Part shown: positions 20,750 through 34,200 of the stretch, piece by piece | How positions within the stretch are numbered: position 1 is the first letter of the stretch | How the letters are laid out: every line of letters starts with the position of its first letter | Assembly (NCBI GenBank): GCA_963845755.1 | Contig: CAWJTV010000011.1 | Span: 1,120,001 to 1,184,000 of the forward strand | Reading direction: 5' to 3' | DNA from: an uncultured Planctomycetota bacterium | Lineage (GTDB): Bacteria > Planctomycetota > Planctomycetia > Isosphaerales > Isosphaeraceae | DNA: 64,000 nt | Notes under the pieces: model-generated | The model's input: the letters and a program-made list of their open reading frames with translations, nothing else | The model's database searches: none | What the model was told of the DNA's origin: nothing | Position numbers and translations under genes: made by a program

Positions 20750-23693
20750 ATGCATTTTTCGATCAAGGGGCTGCGGAAAGTGCGTCGCCACCGCCTGATC
20801 CTGATGATTGGCATGGGGCTGGCCGTGGCTGCCTGGAAGGGGCCCCCGTTGGTCGAGGGCTGGCAAGTACGATCCGAACTCCGCGCGGCAGAGCACGATC
20901 TGCGCACGGGACGTGTCGGGGACGCCCAAACCCGACTCGCTTCGCTGGCCAGGCGCTGGCCGGGCCGGGGCGACGTGGAATTCTTGCTGGGCACCTGTGA
21001 GATGGTCGCGGGCCATCAGGACGACGCCTTGAGCGCGTGGGGCCGAGTCCCGGATCGGGCCAGCGAAGCGTCCCGCGCGAACCTGTTCCGCGGCCGGTTG
21101 GCGCTGGAGACCGGCCGCTATGGACTCGCGGAGCGATGCCTGGAACGAGCCCGTCGCGCCGGCGGCGACGTCGGCGCGGAGACCCGGCAACTCCTGAGAG
21201 CGTTGTACTGGGTCACCGGCCGGCGGGACGAGGTCCGAAACATGCTCCAGGGGGAGGTCGAGCAGTTGCGCGATCCTTCCGAGCCCCTACGCATGCTCTG
21301 GAACCTCGACCACGACCCTTATCCCATCGACAGGATGACTCGGTCGCTCGAGCAAGCGAGGAAGGCGGCGCCCGACGACGACCGCGTGTGGCTAGCCCTC
21401 GCCGACCTGGCAACTCGCGTCGGACGATTTCGAAGAGGCCGACGATTGGCTCACGCGCTGCGAGCGGGCTCGGCCCGACGACGGCGCGGTCTGGCGCGCC
21501 CGCCTGCGATGGTCGCGGGCCGCGGGTCGGCCCGACGAAGTCGTACGCGCCGCGGGCCACTTGCCGCGGTCAAGCTGGACGCGGTCAGGCTTGCTCGAAT
21601 TCCATGCCTGGACGGCCGCACAACGCGGTGACCGCCACGCAGAGCGATCGGCCCTCGAATCGTTCGTCACCCTCGAGCCGGGCAATGCCGCGGCCTTCGA
21701 GCGCCTCGCCGACCTGGCCGCGCTGTCCGGAGAAAAGGAGCGGTTCGCCGAATTGCGACGCCGGAAGGCGGTCATCCAGAACGCGCGCGATCGCTACGAG
21801 CAACTGATCATTAGACCGGACATCGCGACGCACGCGGCCACGCTCGCCCGAGCCGCGGAATCGATCGGCAGGCGGTTTGACGCCAAGGCCTGGTGGCGGT
21901 TCGCCGCGGAACGGGATCGCTCTCTCGAGCAAGAAGCCGCTGCCGCGCGGATACGGCTGGCGGAGGCCGAGCCCACGCCGCTCGAGGGTGGTGGGACTCT
22001 CGCTGATCTCCTGGCGCCGGCTCGTTCTCCGAGAGCGGACAAGGAAGCGGCCCGCCGCCAGCCGAGCGTGGCCACGTTCGTCGAGGACGCCGAACCTCGC
22101 GGTGTCGTCTTCACGCTCGACAACGGGCGCAGCGACCTCCACCAGCTCCCCGAGACCATGAGCGGCGGCGTAGCCCTGCTCGATTTCGACGGCGACGGCT
22201 GGCTCGATATCTATGCGTTACAGGGGGGAATGTTTCCCCCGCCGGCTGGTCCGTCGCCATTCGGCGACCGCCTCTGGCGCAACCGGGGCGATGGCCGGTT
22301 CGAAGACGTGACGGTCGCATCCGGCCTGGCCAGGCTGCCCGGTGGTTACGGCCACGGAGTCGCGGTGGGCGACTACGATAACGACGGCCGGCCCGATCTC
22401 TTCGTCACGCGATGGCGGTCCTATGCCCTCTACCACAACCTCGGCCGGGGCCGGTTCGAAGACGTTACCGCCGGTGCCGGGCTCGGCGGCGATCGCGACT
22501 GGCCGACATCGGCGGCATGGGCCGATCTCGACAACGACGGGGATCTCGACCTGTACGTGTGCCATTATCTCAATTGGGATACCGTGAATCCCACAATTTG
22601 TAATCGACCGGGAGCTCTGGAAGAAGGGCGCGGTTACTGCGACCCGCGCCGCTTCGAAGCGCTGCCGGACCATGTCTTCCGCAACGACGGCGGCCGATTC
22701 GTGGACGTGACCGAAAAGTCCGGCCTGGCCGACCACGAGGGGCGCGGGCTGGGGGTCGTGGCGGCCGACCTCGATGACGACGGCAAGATCGACCTGTTCG
22801 TGGCCAACGATATGTCGGCCAACTACTTTCTCCGCAATCGCGGAACGTGGCGATTCTCCGAGGAGGGGCTCGAGTCGGGCCTGGCGTCGGGCGCGGCCGG
22901 CGGTTATCTGTCGGGAATGGGCGTGGCGTGCGGCGACTTCGACGGCGACGGTCGGCTTGACCTGGCCGTCACCAACTTCGTCAATCAGTCCACCACGCTT
23001 TATCACAACCACGGCGGAGGTAACTTCAGCGAACGATCCGCCGAAATCGGCCTCGCCGCCGCGACACGATTCGTGCTCGGCTTCGGGCTTGCCGCCCTGG
23101 ACGCGAACAACGACGGTCGGCTCGATCTCGTCCAGGCCAACGGCGACGTCGAGGACTACCGCCCCGCGATGCCCTATGAGATGCGCCCTCAACTGTTCCT
23201 CGGCGACGGCACCGGAAGGCTCGTCGACGTTTCGGAGACGGCCGGGCCGGCATGGCAAGTGCCGAGGGTCGCGCGCGGCCTGGCAACCGGCGATCTGGAC
23301 AACGACGGACGCGTCGATGTGGTCATCATCTCCCAGAATAGCCGGCTGGCCTTGTTGCACAACCAGTCCGCGTCCCAGGACCAATTTCTCACGCTCTTGC
23401 TCGAGGGAACCGCCTCGAATCGCGATGCTGTCGGCGCGCGCGTGACGGTGATCGCCGCCGGACGAACCCAGGTCGCGGCGCGGTTCGGCGGAGGCAGTTA
23501 TCAGTCGGCGAGCGACCAACGTCTGCATTTCGGACTGGGACCGGCACGGGTGGTCGATCGTGTCGAGGTCACGTGGCCGTCGGGCCGTCGAAGCTGCTAT
23601 CAGGGCCTCGCCGCGGGCACCGGATACCGTCTGCGCGAGGGAGACGCGGTCCCCAAGCCCCTGGCCGGCTTCCCCGCCGCGATACAGCGCTGA
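20750..23693 (+). CDS. TPR + FG-GAP repeat + ASPIC/UnbV (CRTAC1-family) protein; frameshift near 21430
   Basis: N-terminal TPRs; repeated DxDxDGxxDL motifs; SNRDAVGARV...GGSYQS..RLHFGLG...VTWPSG. Confidence 0.92.
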
Positions 23694-23753
23694 GTTCAGA
23701 TCGGCGGACGGAGCCGCCTCCTACAGGCGGATTTGTCGGAGGCGAGCCCTGGC

Positions 23754-26668
23754 TCAACCTACGATCGGCTCGTCGAATGACTTCGGCGGCGAGGGAAGTG
23801 CCGATCGCTCTCGACGAGACCACCAGGCGAAGGCCATCCAACCACAGAGGGTCGCTATGGAGATCATCGCGCCGATGAGGAACGATGCCGGCCGATAGGT
23901 GTACACCAGCGTGTGCTGACCCGCGCGGCACCGCGGCGCCTCGCATCATGCGGTTGGCGCGATAGATCGGCGCCGACTCGCCGTCGATGGTCAAGTGCCA
24001 GCCGGGATAATAGGTGTCGGCCAGGATGACCAGGCCGGGGCGCTCGAGTGCGGCTCGCAGGACCACCCGCTGCGGCCCGTGCTCGACGACCGTCACCGAC
24101 TCCGACGGCCCGACCGGCGTCGAGGAGAGGGCTCCCTTGAGGCCCTCCTTGTCATCGACCTCGATCAAGGCCGTCTGGCGCAGGTCAAGGACAGGTCGGT
24201 CGGGCCCACTCCAGATCGGATCGTTCATGAAGGCCAGGGTCCTCATCATTTCGCCTCGGGTCGCCGGGTCCCGGGCGGGAGAGCGTACCCGCGCGGAGTG
24301 GACAATCCAGGCGCGTGGGTAGGCGGCCTTGTTCCGGCGGAGCTGCCAGTCCTGGCTGACGGACCAGGGCTCGCCCCGACCCGGCGTGGGCTCTTCATGC
24401 AGGACCTCGGAACTGGGGTAGATCAGCTCGGTCTGGTCAAGGAACGAGGCGAATCCCCGGAGGTTGCTTCCCCACTCGGGCGTGGCGGGCAGGAGGAAGT
24501 AGCGGACGCCCCAGACGTCGAAGCTGCGGCGAGGGAAATAGGCCAGCGGCTGTCCGGCGGGGACGCCCAGGGCCCGGGCGATCCCGTCGGGCATGGGCAT
24601 CATCCTCGGCTGGAAGAAGGTGACATAGTCCTCGATTTCCAGGGATCCGATCGTCATGCCGTACTCGAGCCCGAGCGGTAGGCCGATCAGAGGGTAGAGG
24701 GTCTCGTGTGACCAGGTGGACAGTTCGGAGAGCCGCCGGGGCGTGCGGGTGGCAATGAAGCGGGTCGGATACCAGCCGGTCATTCGATGGATCCGGAACG
24801 GGCCCGGGGAAGGGTCGGACCGCTCGGCCGTCTCGATGAGCTGGGCAGCCCTGGAGGGGGCGTCGAACACGGCCTGGGGCACGGTCCAGATCAGTTTAGC
24901 ATTGGCTGTGGCGAGGTCGGCAGCCACGCACACCAACGCCAGGACACCGGCGATCCGGGGGCGACGTGGGAAAACGTATGCCAACGCGAGGATCGCCGCG
25001 AGGACGGTCGCGCCCTGGGTCAAGGCCCACTGCGTCTCGCCCCAGTGCCGGGGATATCCGCCGGGCCGAATGCCGAGTCGAGCGGGACACGACCGGCCAG
25101 ATAGCCGAGAGCGCGACCGCGCGCCGCCGTCGCCAAGGCCAGGCCTGCCAGACCGGCGGCGAGCCCGGTGAGACCGAGCCGACGCAGTCGACGCCACCCG
25201 GCGCCGTCGGCCGTCGCACGATCCCACCCCGCACCCGCCAGGACCGCCAGGGCCACCGCGGCGAACGTCACGAACTTGGCCGGATATCGGAATCCTCCGA
25301 AGCCGGGAAGGAGGATCGCGAGCAATCCGAAGGGGCTCCCGGTCCCGTCGTAGGGAAACGGATCCGGGCGCAGTTCGTCTTGAGCGGGATCGTGCGGTCC
25401 CAGCAGGGAGGCCCAAGGAGTCTCCCTCGCCCACCAGAGAGGGCCGCCGTACTTGCCGAGACTCGCGAGCAGGCTCACGACCGCGATGGTCGTCAGCCAG
25501 GTGCGCCAGGGCGGGCCAGACTTCCATCCGGCCGCGCTGAGGGCGAGGGCCAGCGTCGAGGCGCCCATGTAGAGCGAAGCGGTCCAGAACTCGTGTTCGC
25601 CGACGGGTGGGATGGCCTGCAGCCAGGAGCGATTCTCGGGACAGCTCGTCCCGAACACATTCGGCCAGAGGAGTTCGGCGAATCGGCAGGGGTCCAGGCT
25701 GTAGCGGTAAAGGGTGGGCGCGGGGATCCCGGCCGCCCGCCAGCTCTGGCCGGCGAACTCCAGGGCCGGCAGAATCTGCACCGCGGCCAGCGATGCCGCC
25801 AGGATGAAGATGGCCGCCAAACCGGCCAGCATCGGTGCCAGCCGGGCCTCGTGCGGGCGACGATGCCAGCGCCACGCCATGCCCAGGCCGACGGCCACCC
25901 AGGCCGCCAGGACCCACCCATCCGCCGTCAGCAACCGCGGCGGAGCCCATCGGGTGTAGGCGGCACCCAGCGTGGCCACGATCCAGACCCCCGCCATGCC
26001 CAGGACCATCGGCCCGTTGAGAAACGGCACCGGCCGCGCCCGGGCATGGATCGTCAGTACGATGGCATAGCCAGCGCCGCAGAGAGCCGTCAGGTAGGCC
26101 GCCTCTGGGTCGCCGGCGAGGACTTCCAGCGCCAGGACCACCGCCAGCTCGGCGCCGCCGCGAAGCCGTCGCTGTCGTAACAAGCGGTCGATGGCCCACA
26201 GGCCCCAGGGGATCCAGGCGGCTCCCATCAGGCGGTTCATGTAACAATAGAGGAACAACACCGGCGCCCCAAAGGCATAGTTCAATCCGCCGAGGTAGGA
26301 TCCCGCACGACTTACGCCGAACCCCCGCCCCAGCAAGACCACGCCGAGGAACGCCACGATCGTATGTGCGATGACGAAGAGCCGGGCAGCCCACGGATAC
26401 GGGAGCAGGGCGTAGAGCACCTTGCCGGGATAGAAAACCGCCGCGTTCGCGTTGCCGAGCAGCGGCTCGCCGCTGTTCTGCCCATCGTTCCACAGCGGCC
26501 AGCGCCCGGCGCCCACTCTTGCTGCACTTTCAGATAGAGCGGATAGAAGAGGTTGCCCGCATCGCGGTAGGCGAACTGGCCGTCTTCGAACAGGACGGTT
26601 CGATAGCAGACCACCAGGAGGACCGAGCAGCAGACCAGACCAACCAGATGCGACAGGGCGCGGGGCAT
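23754..26668 (-). CDS. YfhO-family multi-TM protein (GT-C-like), frameshifted
   Basis: RDAGNLFYP, WPLWND..SGEPLLGN...FYP, FRYPAKF, LADTYYPGW...IYRANRMMRG motifs. Confidence 0.85.
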
Positions 26669-28208
26669 GACAAGACTCTCGGCCGGGATCCCTCGGTCCC
26701 TTCAATGCCGGAGCGGGATCGATCTCCGAGGCCCATCAATTTGACGGCCCGCGCCCGGTTGGGTCAAGCGGCAGCCATCACGGGAGATCTGGTAGGGGGC
26801 TCTCTGAGCACCGAGACAAGCCAGCGCTTGCGCCGCCGATTCGAAACACTTCCCGATTCAGTGGGTATCCTGGATCCGGATAGTGACCGGATACTGTGCT
26901 GCGGGCCCCACTTGAAGCTCGAGCCGGCTGCCACTCGGGCCGGTCGTGACCTTCGCAGGTAAGCCTTCGACTACGATGCGTCCGGGGAGGCCGGAGAGCT
27001 GCACGGTCGTAATGTGAGTGTCTGCCGAGCGGTTCTCCAGGGTGAAGCGGGTTTCGCGCAAGGAAGGGTCGATCCGGATGGGCTGGTCGGCGGCGAAACC
27101 GTCGCGATTGAGGACCACGTGGAGTCGTCGTTCGTTGCGCACGACGTGCAGCCGCTGCCGCAAGCCGTCCTTGGGCGTGACGGCGAAGCCATCGGGGGTT
27201 TCGGTGAGGTGGCCGCCGTAAGCGATCGGGCCGAAGATCGGGTCATCGGCGACGATCGTGGCGGCCGTGCGCAGGGCGCCGCAATAGCCCAGATCGATCT
27301 CGCAACCATAGTACCAAGAGCCGCGCGGGTGCGACTTGCGGAGCCAGCTTGTCGCCCAGGCGCGGGGCTCGAAGCCGCCGCCGGCCGCGCCATCGTTCTC
27401 CTTGCCGGGATACCAATAGCCGTAATGCGATTCCGGCGTGCCGCTGTTCACAAGGGCCCAGGAGCTGAGGTAGGACGCGTAGCCCAACCGGAGATAGTCC
27501 GCCGGCTGCCTGGCATCGTGCAATGCGTAATCGAGCACGCCCCAGCCGCCCATCTGGGACATGTAGCTGAGCGTGTAGCTGCCCCCCATCCCGGCGCGGT
27601 AGTCGCTGCCGAGCAGATAGTACGCGGTTTCCAACCAACCGCGGTCCGCGATGTTGGCCCGGATTTGTTTCTCCAGGAAGCGGAGGGCGGCGTCGCGGGT
27701 GACCGAGGCCCCGGCGCCCTCGGGACGCGGCGTCGAGCCGGTCATCCGCTCCAGGGCCCACCGGGCCAGGGCGTGGGTCGATTCGAACCCCGTCGAGTCG
27801 AACGCGTACTCGGAGCCGAAGAGATAGGGGTCCTTGTTGACGAAATGGGCGACCTTCTTCTCCCAATGGCCTCGTAGCTCCTCGGCTTGCCGGGTCTTTC
27901 CATTTTCCTGGAGGGCGTCGATCACGTCCGGAATGATGACTTCGTTGTAGGTACCGGTCTCGTAGGCCGACCAGCGCTCGATGGCCATGGGCACGGTGAA
28001 GAAGGCGCGGGCCGTGCCGAACGCGCGCTCCAGGTAGGCGTCGGCGGTCAGCTCGGTCTGGATTCCGGAATAGAGCCGGGCGATCTGGTACATCCGGTAA
28101 TAGAGCAGGATGATATGCGGGTAGTCGTAGATCCGCCACAGGTGCTGTTTACCGTTGCGGCCGGGGTTCTTGCTCTCGCGGTTGGTCTTCCAGTTGGGAA
28201 TGCCGTAG

Positions 28209-29522
28209 GGTGGCTCAACAATAAGTTACCGAAATTGGTATTGACGGACGACGGCAGGTTGGATGATATTTCCGAGGATGCCGAACACACAAGTCGTCGA
28301 ATGGATTCGTGAGAAGTATTCCGCGATTGTCGGGGACTTGGATGAGCGCGCTCGAAGGCGATGGGCCGCAGTGGAGGCGCGGTCGCTCGGTTGGGGCGGC
28401 ATCGAAGCGGTGGCTGCTGCTACAGGGATGTCGGACCGCACGATTCGAACCGGGATTCGGGAACTGGATGATCTCAACTCGCCACCGCCGACCCAACAAC
28501 GCCGGTCTGGCGGCGGCCGTAAATGCCGCGAGTCCGAGCAGCCGAAGCTCGTCGAAGCCCTGCAGAAGCTGGTCGATGCCGGCGCGCGAGGCGACCCCAT
28601 GTCGCCACTCCGATGGACGTGTAAGAGCACGCGGACGTTGGCGGATGAGCTGGCGCGAGACGGGTTCGCGGTGAGCGCCAACACGGTGGGCCGACTCCTG
28701 CATGAGTGCGGCTATAGCCTGCAAGCCAACCGCAAGACGATCGAAGGCAAGCAGCATCCGGATCGTGATGCACAATTCCGACACATCAGCAAGCGAGTCA
28801 CCGCCTTCCAGCGTGCGGGACAGCCGACCATATCGGTGGATACGAAGAAGAAAGAGCCCCTGGGAAATCTCAAGAATCCGGGTCGCAGTTACCGGAGGAA
28901 GGGAGACCCCAAGAAGGTCAAGACCCATGACTTCCCGGACAAGAAGCTCGGCAAGGCGGTGCCGTACGGGGTCTACGACCTGGCCCACAACGAAGCCGGC
29001 GTGTCGGTGGGGATCAGCCACGATACGGCCGAGTTCGCGGTCGCCGCGATTCGTCGCTGGTGGGAGCGCCTGGGGCAACCCAGATATCCGCGAGCGACGC
29101 GGTTGCTGATCACGGCCGACAGTGGGGGCAGCAACAGCCCGCGAACGCGCCTCTGGAGGTGGGCCGTTCAACAGTTCGCCAACGAAACGGGCCTGGCAGT
29201 GGAACTTTGCCACTATCCACCGGGCACGAGCAAGTGGAACAAGATCGAGCATCGGCTCTTTTGCCACATCACCCGCAATTGGCGAGGTGTTCCCCTGGAG
29301 ACCTTGGAGATCGTCGTCAAGCTGATCGGCTGCACGCGAACCAAGGAGGGCCTGGAAGTTCACGCTTGGCTCGACGAGAATCACTACCAGAAGGCAAAGA
29401 CCGTATCCAGTATGCAATTATCCGAAGTCCTCATACGCCGTAACAGTTTTCACGGCGAGTGGAATTATCAGATACGACCGCACAGAAAACAGAGCCAAAT
29501 TCGGTAACTTATTGTTGAGGCC
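28209..29522 (+). mobile_element. ISAzo13-family insertion sequence, copy 2
   Basis: Same inverted ends as copy 1; TAG duplicated at 28206-28208 and 29523-29525. Confidence 0.95.
28263..29507 (+). CDS. ISAzo13-family DDE transposase (intact)
   Basis: 414-aa ORF; the stop codon lies inside the right inverted repeat. Confidence 0.95.
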   Translation: MIFPRMPNTQVVEWIREKYSAIVGDLDERARRRWAAVEARSLGWGGIEAVAAATGMSDRTIRTGIRELDDLNSPPPTQQRRSGGGRKCRESEQPKLVEALQKLVDAGARGDPMSPLRWTCKSTRTLADELARDGFAVSANTVGRLLHECGYSLQANRKTIEGKQHPDRDAQFRHISKRVTAFQRAGQPTISVDTKKKEPLGNLKNPGRSYRRKGDPKKVKTHDFPDKKLGKAVPYGVYDLAHNEAGVSVGISHDTAEFAVAAIRRWWERLGQPRYPRATRLLITADSGGSNSPRTRLWRWAVQQFANETGLAVELCHYPPGTSKWNKIEHRLFCHITRNWRGVPLETLEIVVKLIGCTRTKEGLEVHAWLDENHYQKAKTVSSMQLSEVLIRRNSFHGEWNYQIRPHRKQSQIR

Positions 29523-31257
29523 TAGATCGCGTAGGGAAAAGGCTCCGTCTCGGTGCACTGGAGTCCGCCCCAGACGTAATGGTGAATGTAATAGTCGATG
29601 GCTGAGACTTCGCGCTGATCGGGATACGAGACGTTCTTGGAGGCGACGTAGGGCGCCTTGCACAGACCGGGATCGTCGCAGGCGACGATGTAGGCATTGA
29701 GGCCGTCGGTGTCGTCGGGGCTGCGGAGGACCTGCTTGCGCTGGTCCCAGTCCGAGATCAGGCCGTTGTACCATTTGGATGGATCGCGGTGCTGCTGATG
29801 GCTGACCAGGAAGCGCGCCCGCTTCTTGATCAGGGTTTCCAGCGGCTCGGTGACGAAGAACTCGAGGACGGCCGATTTCTTGCCGGCGTATCGGATCGTC
29901 AGCAGGTTTTCCCCCAGCCGGGAGAAGCTGACCTTGTAGATATGGTTGTCCTGGCCGTGAGTGCCGAGATCCTCGATCCGGGTCTGATCGGGGAATTCGG
30001 CGGTGAGTGAGTCGATCGGATTGCGGGTATGCAGGGAGATCAGGGCCGGGAGGTCGGTCGGGACGGTCATTCCCGGTACGACGTTCACGTCGAAGAGATC
30101 TTCCTCGTAGAGGATGGTACGGACCCCGGCATAATCCTCACCCCATCGGCACTTGAAGCCATAGCGAGCGCGGTCGCCGGGCTGGTCTCGGGGCGCGAGG
30201 GTGACGCTGGTATGGGCTTGCCGCCAATTTCCGCCGCGGTCGCGGGCCCGAGCCCCCGCGATCGCCGAATGGAGGAACAGACTCCAGGCACGTCCGCCTC
30301 CAGGCTGCGTATCCGCGTCGAAGTACTCGAGCCGGGTGTCGTTGACGGGCGTGATGACCAGGTAGGGTCCGACGCTGTTGGGGCGCATCAGGAAGAGGAA
30401 CGAGCCGTGCCCGGAGATCCAGGAGTGGACAATCTGCCGCGCGGTGTCGGTGGCCGTCTTATCCCGGGAGAATCGCGTGTTGAAGGCCATGGGGAATGCC
30501 AGGTCGCCGATTTCGAGCGGTCCGCCGCCGAAGTTGCGCAGTGCGATGGTCCAGAGCAGCTCGCGGCCCTGGAGGGTGAACGACTCGATCAGCTCCAGGT
30601 CGGAATCGATCGGATACGTGATCTGATAGCCCGGCCGGTCCTTCGCCGCGTCGACGCGGTCGCCCCGGCCGGTCAGGCTGGACGTTCGCACCGTCTTCCA
30701 GTCGCCGCCATCGCGGCGGTAGCCGATCACCAGCGTGCCCAGGAACTTGCCGTTCTGGATGTAGTCGGTATCGAAGGCGTCGTGGGTGTGCTTGAGGCTG
30801 GCGATGCCGCCCTTGCCGAGAGTCAGCGTGAACTGGTCGTTGGCGAGCCGTTCCTGGCCGAATGCCGCGGTCGAGGAGCCGATGAAGACCAAGACCAACA
30901 CGGCGCGCGCTGCAAGTTTCATGGTTCACCCTCGAGGGATGCCCTGGGAATCGGACCGGGGATTCGGATCATTAGACGTTTCCCCCGAGATTGACGCAAC
31001 CGGACCGGATCGGGAGTGTGAGTTCGTGGCACAACCACACGGCGACTCCTACGATTGAAGACATGATACTAGATGCGGGCGACAGAGGCTCGTGCGGTTC
31101 TTGGAATCATCCCATCTTATCCGAGCCCAGCCGGCAGCCGCACGATTCGTTCCGTCCCCGTTTCGAGCACCGATCCTGACGCCCCGGTCATCGATGCGCG
31201 GAATGGGGCGGCTCTTGGGACGGTCGTCGCTTCAAACTCGTCTCCGTTGGGGCCGGC

Positions 31258-31285
31258 TTGAACCTTGAGCAAGTCCTTGCATAAT
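31258..31285 (+). promoter_or_regulatory. Putative sigma70 promoter giving a leaderless transcript
   Basis: TTGAAC, 16 bp, CATAAT ending 7 bp before ATG 31293; no SD. Confidence 0.45.
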
Positions 31286-31292
31286 CTACGCT

Positions 31293-34200
31293 ATGGCAAC
31301 AGTTCCCGAAGCGTTCGCCATCGCGATTCAGCACCATCAAGCCGGTCGGCTCCAGGCTGCCGAGCCGATCTATCGGCAGATCTTACAGGCTGAACCGAGC
31401 CATGCCGATGCGTGGCATCTGTTGGGTGTAATCCACAAGCAGACCGGCAATTATCAAGTTGCGGCTGAGTGCATCTCTCGCGCCTTGACCGTGAGACCCC
31501 ATTGGGCCGAGGCCCAGGCTAACCTGGGTGATGTCTTGAGGAGGCTGGGGAAACCGGACGAAGCGATCACCTGCTACCGCCGGGCACTGGAGTTGAGGCC
31601 GGACTTTGCCGAGGTCCAGATCAACCTGGGCAATGCGTTCAAGGGCCAGGGGAAACTGGAGGAAGCGATTGCCTCCTACCGACGGGCGGTCGAGCTGCGA
31701 CCGGACTTTGCCTTGCGCAGAACAACCTAGGCGCAGCGTTGAGCGATCTTGGCTACCTGGAAGAGGCGATCGCCTGCTACCGCCGGGCGCTGGACCTGAA
31801 GCCGGACTATGCCGAGGCTCAGAACAACCTGGGCAATGCGTTCAGGAAACGGGGAAAACTGGACGAAGCGATCGCCTGTCACCGCCAGGCGCTGGAGCTG
31901 AAGCCGGATTTTACCGAGGCGCAGAATGACCTGGGAACCGCGTTGACAGATCAGGGCAATCTGGAGGAAGCCATCGCCTGCCACCGCCGGGCGCTAAAGC
32001 TGAAGCCGAACTTCATCGCGGCTCAGAACAGCCTGGCCAATCTGTTGAGCCGTATTGGAGAGCTGGAGGAAGCGGTCGCCTGCTACCGTCGGGTGCTGGC
32101 ACTCAAGCCGGACTTTGCCGAGGCGCAGAACAACCTGGCGCAGCGCTGAGCAGCTTGGGGAAGCTAGACGAAGCGATCGCCTGCCACCGTCGTGCACTGG
32201 AGTTGAAGCCGGACTATGCCGCGGCCCAGAACAACCTGGGCACGGCGCTGAGCGATCTTGGGAATCTGGAGGAAGCGATCGCCTGCTACTGTCGGGCGCT
32301 GGAGCTGAAGCCGGATTATCCCGAGGCGCAGAACAATCTGGGCAATGCGTTCAGGAAACAGGGAAAACTGGAAGAAGCGATCGCCTGCCACCGCCGGGCG
32401 CTCGAGTTGAAGCGGGACTTTGTCGAGGCGCAGGTCAGCCTGGGCAATACCTTGAGCAGCCTTGGGAATCTGGAGGAAGCGATCGCCTGCTTCCGCCGGG
32501 CGCTGGAGTTGAAGCCGGACTTTGCCGAGGCCCAGAGCAACCTGGGCAATGCGTTGAAAGACCAGGGGAATCTGGAGGAAGCGATCGCCTGCCACCGCCG
32601 GGCGCTGGAACTGAAACCGGATTCTGCCGAGGCGCAGGTCAACCTAGCTGCGGCGTTGAGCGATCTTGGGAAGCGTGAGGAGGCGATCGCTAGCTACCGC
32701 CGGGCGCTGGAGTTGAAGCCGGACTTTGCCGAGGCGCAGAACAGCCTGGGCGTAGCGCTGAGCGGTATTGGGAGGCTTGAGGAAGCGATCGCCTGCTACG
32801 TCCGTGCACTGGAGTTGAGGCCGGACTTTGCCGAGGCGCAGAACAACCTGGGAATCGCATTGAGTCGTATCGGCAGGCTGGGCGAGGCGATCGCCTGCTA
32901 CCGTCGGGCGCTGGAGTTGGAGCCGGACTCTGCCCAGGCTCAGAACAACCTGGGCAATGCGTTCAGGGATCAGGGGAAACTGGAGGAGGCGATCGCCTGC
33001 TACCACCGGGCACTGGAGCTGCAACCGGACTTTGCCGTGACTCAGAACAACCTGGGCAACGCGTTCAAGGATCAGGGGAAACTGGAGGAGGCGATCGCCT
33101 GTTACCGCCGGGCACTAGAGCTGCAACCGGGTTTGGCCGAGGCTGAGAATAACCTGGGCAATGCGTTCAAGGATCAAGGGAAGGTTGATCAGGCGATCGC
33201 CGGCTACACACGGGCACTGGAGTTGCGACCGGACTATGCCGAGGCACACAGCAACCTCCTCTGTACTCTCCAGTATCGTACGGGTATGACACTCGCGGAA
33301 TTAGCCGAGGCCCATGCCGAGTACGACCGCCAGCACGCGGCACCCCTCTACGCGCCTTTTGTACGCCATGAGAAGATCCGCCATTCTCGTCGACGGCCCC
33401 GTATCGGATTCGTTTCGCCCGACCTGGGCCGGCACCCCGTCGGCTTTTTTCTGATCCGCACCTTGGAAAACCTCGGCCAGGAGCAGCAGGAGACGATCTG
33501 TTACTCCGACCGAATTATCAAAGACGGCTTAACTCATCGCCTTCAAACGGCCGCGACCCAATGGCGCGATGTCTTTGGCATGAGCCACGAAGGGCTGGCC
33601 GAGCAGGTCCGGGACGACGGGATCGACATCCTGTTCGACCTCGCAGGCCACACCGCTCGGAACCGCCTACTGGTCTTCGCCCGCAAGCCGGCGCCGATTC
33701 AAGTCAGTTGGATCGGCTATGAGGGAACGACCGGCTTGGCGGCGATGGACTACCTGCTCGTGGATCGGTTGATGGTCCCAGAAGGAAGCGAGCGGCACTA
33801 TCGGGAAACGGTGTTGCGCATGCCGGATGGCTATCTCTGTTACGATCCGCCGGAGACGGCACCGCCGGTCGGCCCGTCACCGGCTTGGGAGCGGGGATTT
33901 GCAACCTTTGGCAGTTTCAACAATCTGGCCAAGATTACGCCGGAAGTGGTGGCGGTCTGGGCGAAGATCCTGCTCAGGGCACCGACCACGCGCCTCGTCC
34001 TCAAATATCGCGGACTGGAGGATTCGGCTGTGAAAGAGCGGTTCTTCAACCTCTTCGGCGCTCACGGAGTGGACCCACAACGGCTGGATTTGCTCCCGGC
34101 GAGTTCCTATTCCGATTATCTGGCAACTTATCACCAGGTGGATGTGACGCTGGATCCGTTTCCGTTTTCCGGCAGTACGATAACCTGTGAGTCCTTGTGG

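Larger units (their letters stand above)
26858..30922 (-). pseudogene. Secreted DUF5695-like (glycoside hydrolase-like) protein split by IS copy 2
   Basis: Signal peptide; halves 29522..30922 and 26858..28205 rejoin in frame as PYAI-YGIPNW; GSEYAFDSTGFES and SYMSQMGGW motifs. Confidence 0.85.

Noticed and set aside
31500..33260. 102-bp periodic repeats as a CRISPR or non-coding array
   Set aside because: They are in-frame TPR coding repeats.
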